In this document: piece by piece, positions 38,658-53,356 of the stretch
How the letters are laid out: the number at the start of each line of letters is the position of its first letter
Position numbering within the stretch: the stretch's first letter is position 1
Source of the DNA: Octopus vulgaris
Lineage: Eukaryota
Assembly: GCA_951406725.2 (NCBI GenBank)
Contig: OX597815.1
Location: 30,256,001-30,320,000, forward strand
Direction of reading: 5' to 3'
DNA length: 64,000 bases
Program-made: the position numbers and the translations under genes
The notes under the pieces: model-generated
The model's input: only the letters and a program-made list of their open reading frames with translations
Database searches by the model: none
Told to the model about the DNA's origin: nothing

Positions 38658-39271
38658 TTCTTTTCTACCCTAGGCACAAGGCCCAAAATTTTGGGGGAGG
38701 AGCCAGTCGATTAGATCGACCCTAGTACCCGACTGATAATTAATTTATCGACCCCGAATCGATGAAGGGCAAAGTCAACCTCGGCGAAATTTGAACTCAG
38801 AACGTAAAGACAGACGAAATACCACTAATCATTTCGTCCGGCGTGCTAACGTTTCTTATTTCTTTATTGCCCAGAAGGGGCTAAACATAGAGGGGACAAA
38901 CAAGGACAGACAAAGGGATTAAGTCGATTACATCAACCCCAGTGCGTAACTGGTACTTAATTTATCGACCCTGAAAGGATGACAGGTAAAGTCGACCTCG
39001 GTGTAATTTGAACTCAGAACGTAAAGCCAGACGAAATACCTATTTCTTTACTACCCACAAGGGGCTAAACACCGAGAAGAGAAACAAGGACAGACAAACG
39101 GATTAAGTCGATTACATCGACCCCAGTGCGTAACTGGTACCTAATTTATCGACCCTGAAAGGATGACAGGCAACGTCGACCTCGGTGGAATTTGAACTCA
39201 GAACGTAGCGGCAGACGAAATACCGCTGAGCATTTCGCCCGGCGTGCTAACGTTTCTGCCAGCTCGCCACC
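38658..39271 (-). mobile_element. SINE family A composite trimer
   Basis: Same three-unit organisation, junctions and alternative last tail (ccttgtgcctag..tagaaaagaa) as 3918-4502. Confidence 0.9.
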
Positions 39272-39419
39272 TTAGGGCATTTATACTCTGTGGAATTATT
39301 GCTGTTTAGGCTTTCTATTTAGTAGGCAAGTAAATTATATGTAGGTGTAGAATATTACCGTTTCAATAGTCTTTTGGATTAAGATGCTTTCCTTCTTTTG
39401 TAGGTTTTCTTCTTGGCTG

Positions 39420-41100
39420 TGTTAGCAATCCAATGAATATTTTCACAGAATCCTTTGTGTGCGTAAAATACTAAAAAAACAAGCATTTGCAGCTTTACCA
39501 CTTTTGCATGCTTTCCTTTTTTTATATTTCGTAGCAACTAAAGAAATATTTGTGTGTTTAGTGTTTGTTTTTTTACTGCGACTGTTCAAGTGACGTACTG
39601 ATTTTTAATGTTTCGTCCGTGCGTGAGGAAAACTTTATTTCATATTTAACTTCCAGGTTTTCCTTCGCTTGCTGCTGGCGATGCATTGTTAAGGACGGAT
39701 TTCTTGCGAGTTGGCGAGAATCACTCATATGGACAATATTCAAATGCAGGAAGATTTTTTTCAAATTGCATTCCTTAATCTTTCCTTCTTTCTCTTCCTC
39801 ATTTGTATTGCTATGTTTTTTTGTTCCATTAAGAGTGAGTGATCTTTTTTGCATTTGCATTTTCCACGATTTTATCAATGTTGTTAATTAAACTTAAATA
39901 AGCATAATCTGTTGCCATCTTGTTTGTTAGAATACATTAGCCTCCTTTCTGAAACGGTAGAACACGTGAGCTTAGGGTAATTTTTCTTAAATTTTACCTT
40001 GTTATTATTGTAGTTGCATAAAAGATTATTTGAGTATTCCAGGTTATAATATTTGCGTCTACGTCCATGGAAAATGGCTACCATCATATTATTCATACCA
40101 TTTAATCCTTGTTTTGTCCCTGTGAATATCGTTTGTAAGCGTATAAGATCTATATTTCTCTTAATTCTTCAATTATTCCCATATTTAGGATTGTATCATA
40201 TTCAAACTCGCAATCTTTAAAACATTATATTATTAAAATTTTCTCATATTCATTATAGTCCATATTTTCCCTTGTATAGTTCGGGTTTGTCTTTCATTAG
40301 TTAGTAACTTAAAAATATAAAGGGCTTGATTTTGTTGTGTTTTAATTTATATATATTTTTACATGTGTCTCGTTTACATTCTCACTTATAATAATTTCAA
40401 TGTCTATTTAAATACAACTCATTATATTAGGATATTTCTTTCATTAATTTAAAAGTTTTTTTTTTTTATTATCTGCTAAGATTTCTGCTTCGCTGAAAAT
40501 ACATCACCTTCCCTCGTTGTCGCTGGCAACAATTTGTCTCCTCGAATGTATGAACTGGAAAATCTCAAAGGTTGCATTACATTTTCTGAAAACCTTCTAG
40601 TGTGTGCTTATAACACGTCTTTCTTTTTCACAATTCATAATTCTCGAATAATTTCCGTGCTCGTAGATGCCATATCACCCATGTGCCTTTTTGTTGTGAC
40701 TGAACTGCCAAAGACAATAAGTTAATTGTTTCTTCGCATCCTTATCATATTTTGCGCTTGCGAAATATGTTATGCTTCACTACTTGCTTTTGGTAATCTG
40801 TTGATGGTAAAGCTTTAACTCTATAACTCAATCAACGCCTCTTCAGTCTCAGATTTCTTCTTGTGATTCCAGTCCTACGATTTTCCTTTGCCTGTTTACA
40901 CTCTGATAACTTTTTACCTGTATTGGACTTATAGTAACTTAACTAGATTCGCTCTCTTTAGCTTAGTGTTTATCTTTTTGTTTGCAATTATTTTCTCTCC
41001 TCTTTCTTTTCTTCTCAAAACTATCTGTCATTTCAGCTTCTTGGTTGTATTTCTGGCGTTTTCAAATAGAAAATTTTTCCTCACTTATGTTCGTCTTCTA
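39420..41100 (-). mobile_element. Highly decayed LINE, probably RTE clade
   Basis: Weak remnants on the minus strand (I..KSWK...KRS, CGKAA-like C-terminal motif); boundaries uncertain. Confidence 0.4.
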
Positions 41101-41699
41101 CTAGTCTTATTATTTACTAGATAGTTAGGTAGTTTTACGGTGAATATTTTATAATAGTTTTCTACTTGCATAAAGCCTCTTATATTCGTGTTAAATATCG
41201 ATCCATTCCAGATTTTGATGTTAACTTCAGACTGCAGTCATTATTTTTCGTGTCATTGTGTCAAGTCACACTATTTCATTTAACATTTACTTCAAAATAG
41301 TACAACTACAAAATATTACATGAAATGATAGTTATTGAAGTTACTGTCTATGTTTTAAAACTTAATCTATAATACTTCTTTATTTTTCTTCAATATTTTG
41401 CACTCTCACAATGTTTTCAAGTTTGTGTTGGTGCATTTCCCTAATCGGTATTTGCTATCAGTTTCCCTAGAAAATTCGTGCTGTTTACAACTGTGTTTCT
41501 AGTTGATGCTCATTTGCATTATACAATTTGAGGCCATCTATAGACAAAAGTTAGTTAATTGCCATCCCATAGAAATTGGATCCTATTTCAGATTCATTTA
41601 GCATGTTCGTTAAAGGAAAAAATATGGGACAGAAAAGTATACAAAGGAAATGTTATTAGAGAATTACTCTTCTAAATGAAATAGGGTAATTTTCTGTTT

Positions 41700-43075
41700 C
41701 CTTTGTATTTACAGAATTGCTTGTCATTTTCTCACAGTATGTATTTACTTATAATGGTGCTACGTTACTCGTGATTAATTTTCAAGATCCATGGTAGGGG
41801 AACTCTGCTAAAAGCTATTAGGGAGTCAATTTGTATAATTTTCACACCCTTCTGGTTCTCTATAATGCATATTTGCGTGTTTTACAACTACAAGCTTATT
41901 CAGGATTTTCTGCCTCAGTTCTATCATAGACTCTCTATGTTATTCAGTAAATGTGTAGTCTTCAAAAATTGTTTCTTTACCACTTTCCTCGCTATCTTTA
42001 TCAAGTTCATTACAATTTATTTTTCCAAACGTTTGCGTGTTCTGGTCAGTCTTTCAAATGAGACTCGTGGTAAGTTGCTCTTTTCGTCTGGTTCTTCATT
42101 TTCTTTCTATCTTATATTTAGGTCACATATTCCGCTGCGTGCTTCCTCTCGGTTACTTCACTATCTTTGAGTCTTTTATTTCTGGAAATATCCCTCCTAA
42201 TATTCGCTAACTTGTTTTCGTTGCTGTCGTGATTTCGTGTTCTCCATATTTGATAAGAGTGTGCCGTGTGTTTCTCTTCAGATGGCCTGCTTAATGCATA
42301 GTAATAGGCGTATATTACTTCTGTATACTCTTCTCGGGTCCATTTGATCCTCTTACATATTTCTTTCTGTGGTGTGTGTGGTAGTGGACTTGGAGTGCTC
42401 GGATTGGGGTAGTTTCCGTTTAAGTGAACATCCAGGTTCGTAAAGAGTTTATGCCAGTGGATGACGTTTTCGACCCCAGGCTGGCTCTCTCCTGGGGTAC
42501 GTGCTTCCAAATTAACCATAGGACAAACGATTTTGTGTACTGTTGTAGTTTTCCTTTTTGTTTCGTAAGACATATTTGTGCTATATTAAAATTATTAGTG
42601 TTGAGCCCTGTATTGTGGCAGATGTAGAGATGGTTGTTGTCTCTGCCACTATTGTCCACTCCGCAATTAATACCGTTACAGTTACTTTAACTTTGCTATT
42701 ACAGCGTTGCTCATCGTTTGCCATCACCAATAGTGCCTTGAGCTGTATCGCTGTGGCTATCCTTTGTAACCATGGCGACAGTATAACCGTTATTTATTTA
42801 AATCTATGATCTGTGCTCCTACTACTGTGTTGTATTATTAAATGTTGCTTAGTTTCGACTTTCGTCTTGTACTTGAGATTATCATAAATATGTGAAGGTT
42901 GAGGGAATAGTAGGAGGAAGAGAAGCAGCTTGGTGAATAGACCAAATACCACAGGTCTGCAAATAGGTTCGGCAGATGGTGAGAAAGAAATCAACAATGG
43001 GCCTTCGCATCCCTGTGCGAACAGGAGCCAAAAGAAGCCTTACACCCTTAGGGTCAGTAAAGGTCAAATGTATTT
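41700..43075 (-). mobile_element. R4/Dong-type LINE 5' region (5' UTR plus N-terminal domain)
   Basis: KRIKWTREEYTEVIYAYYYA..YQIWRTRN..ENKLANIRRDI..NKRL resembles the N-terminus of Dong/R4 ORFs; structured 5' end at 42950-43075. Confidence 0.6.
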
Positions 43076-43654
43076 ACTACGACTAGCGATCAATGAGAGC
43101 GCTGACCTTGGCCTTGGAAAGAACAAATTAACCATGTTCTGTTTTTAATTACTGATAGAAAAAATAATAATATATATATACTAATGTTTACATGGTAAAA
43201 TTTTTGAATCGCTGAATTTAAAAAAAAATTCAATTTTTCTTTTCTTTTTATAAGTTTTGCTGTGGTTCACAGTTTTCGTAATTCTGCAGTTTGTATATAT
43301 TGGCAGTTACTTAACACCTTAATTTTTATCGTGCATTTAATTGTGTTGTTGCAATAAAAGCTATGTTTACATATTGGAGCTGTTAGGGAGAAAAGAAAGG
43401 TAAAATTTTCACAGAAAATTGTAGATATTAAAATTTAAAAAATTTCTGACGATGTATGTCGGACTAGAGAAAACTGTAATATTTTGCAATAAAAGGGATG
43501 ATTACATTTTCGAACAGATATTAAAGTTTTTAATAATGATCGTTTGTGTGTTCGGAAACTGTAGATATGTAACTTTATTTACATATCTTCGATATTCATG
43601 CAGTGAAGGCTTTGTAAGTAGTAGATCTGTAATTTTGCGGGTTTTCCGTTTCAG

Positions 43655-43850
43655 TGTATTTGGGAATTAGGATAGTTTTCCCTTCCGTGAGCCATTCAGG
43701 CATTATCTCTGGCTCTGCTAGTATTTCATTAAATTTCTCAGCCAGCTTTTTATGTGTTCCTGTTAGCTATTTTAACCAGAAGCTGGAGATCTTGTCGTGC
43801 CCGGGTACCTTCCAGTTTTTGCAGTGCCTGGGTGACCTCTTCAATTGTTA
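43655..43850 (-). mobile_element. R4/Dong-type RT N-terminal fragment
   Basis: WKVPGHDKISSFWLK*LTGTHKKLAEKFNEILAEPEIMPEWLTEGKTILIPK matches KAPG.D.I..FW.K...P.WL..G.T.LIPK. Confidence 0.8.
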
Positions 43851-43926
43851 TAGGGGTCCAGAGTTGTTTAGGTGCTATGTTCGTTGTTTTGATACATTTT
43901 ATTTTTGATAGACCTCGTTGTTGTTG

Positions 43927-43964
<38 letters not shown>

Positions 43965-44757
43965 GTATCAAGTTGAAATAGTTGTAAATATACACGATAC
44001 CTGTTTATTAAAAGAGGTTACAGACAAACATTGATGTCTATTCTGAGAATATAAGAACTTAAGCTGATTTCAAAGGTGTCTGAGCTTAACTGGAAAGCTT
44101 TCTAACTAAACAAAAGTGCATAAACGCCCATAATGTTCCCTTTAATTGTTTCTGTACTTTCCTTTTACTTTTTGAATACAGAATGACAAAAAAAAAATGT
44201 TTATCAATGTTTTATCAAAAATAATGTCATATTAAGAAAGCCATTTGCAACTGATAAATATCAGGTTTTATTTAATTCTTTTCATTTTTTCCTATTGTTG
44301 TATTTATTTTAAGTTGTTTTTGCTACTCATGTTGTTGTTATGTGTTCGACTACTGCAGTTGTTGTTATTTATATAATATTGTTGTTGCTGTTGTTTTGTT
44401 TTAGTATATGCCCATACACTTTTGAGGGTAATTTTCTTCGCAAAAGCTCAGAAGTACATCTTTCCTGCACAACTGACAACCGCTGTTAACAAGTACTTTA
44501 CTACTTCCGACTAATTTTTTCTTTTCCTCATCTTTGTTGTTGGTGGTGGTGATGTTGTGATTGTTGCTGTTATCTCTCTGGTTTTCTTTTAACAGACCAC
44601 GTGCAACGGGATGTCCGTATCATGAAAAGAACTTGTCAACACATTTCTATAGGGAAGCTCTGAATTCTTTTGCCATTCTAGTGCAAAGCTATTAGGATTT
44701 CCTTATCGCTCCGGGGTCTAAGGTCGCCTTACATTCTAACTAATGATTTAATACTTC

Positions 44758-44808
<51 letters not shown>

Positions 44809-45003
44809 ACAGCGCTGCATATACATGTATATACATATAACAGTACTTATTCCGTAAGCACTAGTATATAAATGCGTTCACAAATACATACACGTGAATC
44901 TGCGTGTAATTTTCATACGTCAACCTGAATCTTGAAACATATATGAGCACATCACTTGTAATATGTACTTTTCCAATACTATATATTGTTATATATATAT
45001 GTT

Positions 45004-45051
<48 letters not shown>

Positions 45052-45106
45052 CACACATATGTATGTATATATATATATATATATATATACATACATATAT
45101 ATGTAC

Positions 45107-45147
<41 letters not shown>

Positions 45148-45165
45148 ATTATGTACATACGTATG

Positions 45166-45203
<38 letters not shown>

Positions 45204-45220
45204 CATACATATATATGTAC

Positions 45221-45267
<47 letters not shown>

Positions 45268-45279
45268 CATATATATGTA

Positions 45280-45320
<41 letters not shown>

Positions 45321-47998
45321 TTTATATAGCGCATATCTTTTAAGTGTAGCATCTTAATTGCTAGGTTGAAACTTTTATTAACAAGAACTGACTGTGTTAC
45401 GTACTTATTATTATAGGGCAGGTAGACCGCGAAGGAAATGATGTTCTTTATGTGTACACATTCAGAAACAGACTCTGAGATAGAAATTCTTTTTTAAATT
45501 AACGTTGTCAGTAGTAACACTTTCGTTATACATAATGCTTACTGCACCTATCTTTTCCTTAGATCTAATATATTTAGCGTTTCAGTGCCCTTTAACTCCT
45601 ACAACAAAAGTGTCCAAAAAGTTTCACTCGTTACTGGTAGTTCTAGTCATAGCCAACCTGTCATTGAGGTTCTGTACATTTTTCACTGAGTAATTTTTAA
45701 AATTTTCATTAACACTTATTTGTAAACTGCCTCATCCGACACATTCCAACGCACGAGATGCGATCCAACACTATTCCTCCATCTTCCACACAGTTACTAT
45801 CAATTTGCAGTTTCAGTATTTTAAACTACACATAAATATTCTCCAGAAACAGAATTAATAAAAACGAGCAACCTCTCCTCATTCATCAGTTCCTATTACG
45901 TATATAAATAGAAGATATCCTGAATTACTATCTTTAGCACGCGCCGAAGACTTAGAAAATGCGAAATCTTTTAAAACTCTTTTCAGATTTAACTGTAAAT
46001 ACACATTACGAAAGTAATGAAATGTTGATCATATAAAGAGTGGATTTCAGTTTAAGATATAAAATACTTAAGCTGCGACTCTACACGGAGCAAAAATATG
46101 CATTTGTGTCACGAAGCAACAACATGGACTCTATTCGGCAAAATACAACTGAACGTCAAGTTTTTACGCAATACTTAGTCTCTATCATGCTATGTTTAGC
46201 CACTTCTATTCAATCTGCAAAAACTTTGCTCTATGCAACTCTGATTTTTTGAATGTATGCGATCCATTTTCTTTTTATTTGTACTCTGAATTCGTCGATT
46301 CTTCTTCTCTTATAATTCATTTTCTAAATACGATACTTATCTAGAAAGTTTAGCATATCTGGAACAAACAACAAATATTTAAATGTAGTTTCAGTGCGCA
46401 ACTTTGAGAATTTCAAACTGATAATAAAAGACCTGAGAAAAATACAAAATCAAAACAACAAAACTGTGAATGAAATACGTATATATCTAAGTCAATAAAT
46501 CGACGAATCAACAGCTAAAAGTTGGAATTTCGAATAGTAAAGTAAATCGGCTAAAATTCGTTATCTATTCAATACCGTTTCTTTTTTATTCTAGATTCTG
46601 CTATGTATATATAATGTATTAGTTATACTAACGAGAAAGTATTCGGTGAATACAAGTCTGTCAGCTACAATCCAGTAGGTTCTTATTTTATTGATGAATG
46701 ATCGAAACTACTAATACACCAGATATTCATGACAAACGTTCTTTTGTGTTCATATTATTCTTGATTTGTTGATACGTACAATTAACTTGTATTCCTCATT
46801 ATAAAATGTATCTCGTACCTGGAGATTGCATGAAATTTTCGTTTTTGTTTTGATCTAAACTTGACTGTAAGAGTCATCCATGTTACTTTGGACCACTTCA
46901 AGTAGAATATTGTGAATATTTATTAAATTATCTCTCTACAACTCTTAAAATGTTGCATTCTAAATCTCTCTGATACACCTAGAACTTTTTGGTATTGAGG
47001 GTAGATCATGATGTTAGTATGATTTGCTCGCTAATTTACGATATCCATTACTTAGAAGCCTTTTATGGTTTTTGTAGCCTCATGTAAACCTACAGCAATC
47101 GAAAGAAAGCCTTGTGTTATAGAGAATAGACAATATCTAGATAGCTAAGGTGTCATCGGTTTTCAAAGGTAAACTGATAAACATATACAAGTTGCATGAA
47201 TAGTTAAATAGCTACAGAGAGGCTATGCAGCTATCTTACTTACTGTCATTCAGAGGTAGGTAATCAAATTCCAAATTTGATTGAAGCATATAGTCGACTA
47301 AATGTTTACGTTCTTGTTGACGCTCTCTCTATATAAAAGAAATATAGTGTCTCTCGTTTAAATGAGTTTCCGACCGGAAATCCGCTTATATCAGAAGGAT
47401 CACACCTAAACCAAAGTAATGAGATGAAGAGATGTCCTTGATTGAAACCTATTCATATCTTTTGAGTATTGGAATACCCGAATCTTATCTAATCATCTAA
47501 GGTATGCCAGTTTTGTTTCTCTATTTGCACCAGCTAAGGAGATTATCGATAATTCAGCTATTGTGGTTTATTTTGTCATAGAGGCACACTTGAGAAGTAG
47601 ATTTAATCTCGTCACGTGTCCAAATCCATGAAATGTTATCAAGAAAGTCGATACGACTTATACTGCTATACATCTTTAGTGGTGTCCTTTAAGGAACAAT
47701 ATAATCGTTTCCTAATACGTCAACCAGCGAAAAATCTTTAACATTTTTAGCAATCTACATTCTCTTTCTATGCATTAATTTCAAAGAAAAAGATCAGCAA
47801 CAAAAGAAATCAATTATTTGTATGAAAAATATTCGTCTTTTCACCAGATTATAATCAAAAAGTAATGTTTACTTTCGAATAATTTAGGCAATATCCAAAT
47901 TTTGACACAACCGTAGCAGATATTTCTTTAACAGGTAGACTTTTGCTTAATTTTCCTAATATGAGACATGAATTAGTGAAATTATTTTAAATTTCTTA

Positions 47999-48357
47999 GG
48001 GCGCAGGAGTGGCTGTGTGGTAAGTAGCTTGCTAACCAACCACACGGTTGCGGGTTCAGTCCCACTGCGTGGCATCTTGGGCAAGTGTCTTCTGCTATAG
48101 CCCCGGGCCGACCAATGCCTTGTGAGTGGATTTGGTAGACGGAAACTGAAAGAAGCCTGTCGTATATATGTATATATATGTATATGTGTGTGTCTGTGTT
48201 TGTCCCCCTAGCATTGCTTGACAACCGATGCTGGTGTGTTTATGTCCCCGTTACTTAGCGGCTCGGCAAAAAGAGACCGATAGAATAAGTACTAAAGGTG
48301 GTGCTCCAGCATGGCCGCAGTCAAATGACTGAAACAAGTAAGAGAGTAAAAGAGTAA
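47999..48357 (+). mobile_element. tRNA-derived CORE-like SINE (family D) with a CR1-related 3' tail
   Basis: A-box tggctgtgtggt, B-box gggttcagtccc, CORE-like gtggcatcttgggcaagtgtctt; degenerate copies near 3490-3650, 37940-38030 and 49310-49470. Confidence 0.8.
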
Positions 48358-49003
48358 GTAGAAATAAGGAAATCCACATGAAATGAGATTTGGTGTATTT
48401 ATTTTTGAATTACTTTTTTCTAATAAGTCAAATATAGAGTAGCTGTAAATTTATGGGTTCTCTTAGACTAGTGAGATCTGAACATATGCAGCTAAGTGTC
48501 TTATAAGTGCATGAGTGTCAGTAGCAAATTCTAACGGGATCCTGTTCCAAGGACGGATTGATGAAATTATTTAGTATTAGTAGAAGTTTAAAGTTATACT
48601 CAAGATTTACACATGCCAAAATGATAATATGCTGCTTTGCTACGTTCTCTAGTCATGTGAAACAAGCTTTAGCCTCTGAAACTTGCTAGAAATGCCGAAA
48701 AGCAAATTCTGACGACCTTCATTCCGTAACCACTCAATTAGAGTCAGTAAATATTCAACTCTAATTAATTGGTGAAGACCCATTCTATGCTATAGCTCAC
48801 GCCAATGTGCAAAGGTATTGCTGCTTCATAAAACAGACCAAATCTCATATTAGGAAATTTACCCCAAAGTAATCTGTTTAAGATATATAGGTCACGGTTG
48901 TGTAAAAACCACGATACGTGCTTTCATACTTCGAAAATATATTTTTTCTTTTGATAATTATCTGGTTGAAACAGGAATATCTGTCCTACAAATATAACGA
49001 TCG

Positions 49004-49068
<65 letters not shown>

Positions 49069-49183
49069 ATATATCGAAACGATCGTAAGTGCCACCCTAA
49101 TCTCTGCTTCTTACTTCTTTGTTACCTATTTAAAGACATACCAGCGTAAACCATGAGTTTCCCATTGTTATTATATCCATTTT

Positions 49184-49244
<61 letters not shown>

Positions 49245-50659
49245 TCACTCCATGGGTAAAGAGCACTAGTTGTATTCATTTATCAACTAAGAGCATGAAC
49301 GATCTTGTCAACAGGCTTCCACGTACTTTGCATCTACCGAATATCACTCAGAATGATCTGTTAGATCCAAGGCTATGGTAGACTGAATTCACCGAAGACA
49401 CCGTGTATTGTTATGAAACCAGAAACGAAATATGTCTGAAAACAATCCTCGTGACCCAACAGATATGTTTGCATTCACATTTGACTTGCTTTTGAACTGT
49501 TTATACAGAGTTTATCATTTAAGCACAGTATTTTAGTTTCATTTTATTTCACCATTTTGCAAGAATAATCAACCAGATTATTACAATAGAATCCAACCTG
49601 AGTGAGTTTCTATGCGATCTCGTTTGACATACAAAAAATAACACCTATCATTCAACTCCTGCTAAAAATAACAATCTCAACTCTCTCAAATTGAATCTTA
49701 CTTTTCTATAAAAGAAAGAAAACATTAGATAATTTAGTCTTGATACATTATGGTGTCAGGCAAATGTCAAAAGGCTATACTTCACTGAAGAAGTTTGATA
49801 ATGCTGAAACATATCTGGATTTGCCACTGAGCCTGATAAAGGTCAGTTTTAATTAACATTAGCACATGCGTTAATGATTTTTTCTTCTCCACATGTGTAA
49901 TTATAATTTTAATTAACTGACATTTCGGAGATGGCGCGCTTACCTGTATTGATTAGATTTAAGCAATGAGCAAATATTTTTCACTCCCTATAGAAATTCT
50001 TTTCATTAACTAAAATTTTATTGCTCACTATTGACTTAACTATTTGATTATAGGTCAGTGCAATCAGACAAGCCCGAGGCAAGGCAAAAGAAACAACAAC
50101 AACAACAACGGCATAAATAACAAAAATTCAATCGAAGTGTATGTATGCGATCAGTTTTTAACAGGTTTTGCACACCCCTGTTTCCCAAAAGAAAGGTCAG
50201 ATTCTAGTATTGTTTTGACAAAGAGATATTGATGATTTCAAATCATGACTCATTGTACGAGTGTAGTTAAATATTCTATTCAAAGGTTAGTTGGTCTGGT
50301 GTGCAAGAATATCAAAGTAGACACTTCACACTGATTTCTATTTTCACTTTATTTTGTCATATATTTGGCAAATTACCACCATCTTTTCCATCACTTAAAC
50401 GCAGTTTACTAACAAACTGGCTTTGATTCAACCGATATAATATTTATTTCTGAAAAATAAAATCTAAATTTTTGCAAATATATTAAAATATTTGTTTTTC
50501 TTGATTCTACTGTGAAAATATAAATATAAAAATTATGAATCCATCGAAAAATCGAAAGAAAACTGTTTTAGTGTATTAGTTCAAAGAAAACATAAAACAC
50601 GCACACACACATACACTTACACCTACGCAAACACCCACACACACATACACACTTAGGTG

Positions 50660-51478
<819 letters not shown>

Positions 51479-51487
51479 TATATATGG

Positions 51488-52870
51488 GGTCCCACACCAA
51501 GGCCAGCTCTTTGCATGTGAACTCTGCCTGAAAGAAGCCCTCAAATATTAATTCATAATTCACTGCAATTACTCAATAAACAACACGAAGCATTTTCTAC
51601 ATGCAATCATAAGTTCTTTGGCACTTTAGATTCACAAATAACACTAACCTATATGCATCCACCGTCGTTACAATATACGTACGCTTTTCCTTTCCTAATT
51701 AAAGAATTAAAGCTAGCTATTCTTAAAAGTTAGCTTGCTTTAATTCTTTAATTTTTGAAATCCTTGATTTTTAATTTTTGAATTCCTTGATTTTTAATTT
51801 TTAATTTAACTTATAACTTTTAAATTTTAATTCTTCAATTTGTATCCTTTATCTATTTTGTAGTTTTAGCCTATATATACCCCCTTAAGCTAGTTATCTA
51901 TTTTTAGCTATCCCTACTGACTAGTGACCAGACCTAATTTAGATTTCATCTATTTAATTGATAGACATAAACACCTTCCTCCTCCACTTTTCCAAAACCC
52001 TAATGCTTGACCTCTCACCCCGAAAAAACACGTACGAAGAATAATATTGGCAGCTTTATTCTTTTTCTTTTCTTTCTTATTTTTATTTTTTATTTTTGTA
52101 TTTTTGATTTTACTTTACTTTTGCTCCCATTCATTCTTTGCCGCAGCTATCTCATTCTTGTCTTTTCTCTCTTTCTCATTTCCTCTCTTTCTCCTTCTTT
52201 TCTCCCTTTCCCCTCTTTTCTCTCTTTCTCCTCTCTCTTCTATCCACTCACTCACAATCCGCTTCTGTCTATCTTGAAGCCCGTCTTTCTCACTCTACAT
52301 ACCCACGTGGAACATTTACATACAAGCTAACCACTAAATCCTTTACTTCAACGTGAACGCATTCAAAATACTGCCTGGATTTACCTGAGATTATACCTAA
52401 GGTGCTATACGTCCACGAAAGTCCGGACCAACCTCCATACCCTCTGGAAAAAGATGAACTGTGAACTTATTCTCCAGTCTGTTTCTATCTACTTTTATTC
52501 TTCTAATTTATTCCTTATAAACTGTGAATTTCCCTGTCTAGAACTTTCCTACAAACTCTCCTTGTCTCCGATGACGGAATACCCAGTATACGGACGTGCT
52601 TGCCTATTACTTGGAATATCCTAGAAACAGCCGTAAGACTTCAAATTTACCTTACCCTAATTAAATCATTATAAATCACTCGAGTTATCCATCCTGCCTT
52701 GGTTTTTGTTGCATTTTCCTCTAATATGTAGCTGCTAACACGGAGTCCTAATAACGATCCTAGCACCAGTCTCAGCTGTTAAATTGGAACCTAACGGATG
52801 ACCAGTTATAGCACTTACTCAGCGTACTTACTCGTTTAGCTCACCAGTGAACTAAACCCCTCATATTCTT
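51488..52870 (+). mobile_element. Penelope-like element 3' end (endonuclease C-terminus plus long 3' region with hammerhead)
   Basis: CELCLKEALK...NLLNKQHEAFSTCNHK matches the Neptune CxLC..E...LNKR.E..S.C.H motif; hammerhead at 52564-52639; starts and ends at TA runs. Confidence 0.75.
52564..52639 (+). ncRNA. Type-I hammerhead motif, core CCGAUGA, long stem II
   Basis: GUCU-CCGAUGA-c-GGAAUAC..long loop..AAUAUCCU-a-GAA-ACAGCCGU-A-AGAC. Confidence 0.7.
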
Positions 52871-52950
52871 TGATATATATATAAAATAATTTTTTGCGTA
52901 ATGAGATAAAAAAAACAAGGCTGTACAGATATTAGAGCATTTATAGATAG

Positions 52951-53002
52951 ATCTTACAGCTGTTTCTAGGATATTAATTAATAATACCCCTTCATCGGAG
53001 AC
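52951..53002 (-). ncRNA. Type-I hammerhead motif, core CCGAUGA (inverted copy)
   Basis: Minus strand GUCU-CCGAUGA-a-GGGGUAUU-auuaauu-AAUAUCCU-a-GAA-ACAGCUGU-A-AGAU. Confidence 0.75.
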
Positions 53003-53042
53003 GGTGTGAGAGGAAAAATTAAGCCATTTTTCATCTCACACC

Positions 53043-53094
53043 GTCTCCGATGAAGGGATATTATTAATTAATATCCTAGAAACAGCTGTAAGCC
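53043..53094 (+). ncRNA. Type-I hammerhead motif, core CCGAUGA
   Basis: GUCU-CCGAUGA-a-GGGAUAUU-auuaauu-AAUAUCCU-a-GAA-ACAGCUGU-A-AGCC; forms a divergent inverted repeat with 52951-53002. Confidence 0.7.
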
Positions 53095-53356
53095 CAGTAT
53101 GTTGAATTACAGTTGTTCAGAGAGCTAAGAACTTATTACTTTATGACGGAGTTTAAAATCGACAGATATGTTTTCTCAAGGAAAATGGGTTAACTACTAT
53201 GGAGTACGCGAAAATTATGCGTATGCGTATATGTGTGTATGTGTGCGCATATGTGTGTGTATGTATGTGTATATGTGTGTGCATATGAAGGGAGTTCCTA
53301 ACCTACAAATGATTGAAACTAGAATAATACGACTGATATGAAAAATGGATAAATAT

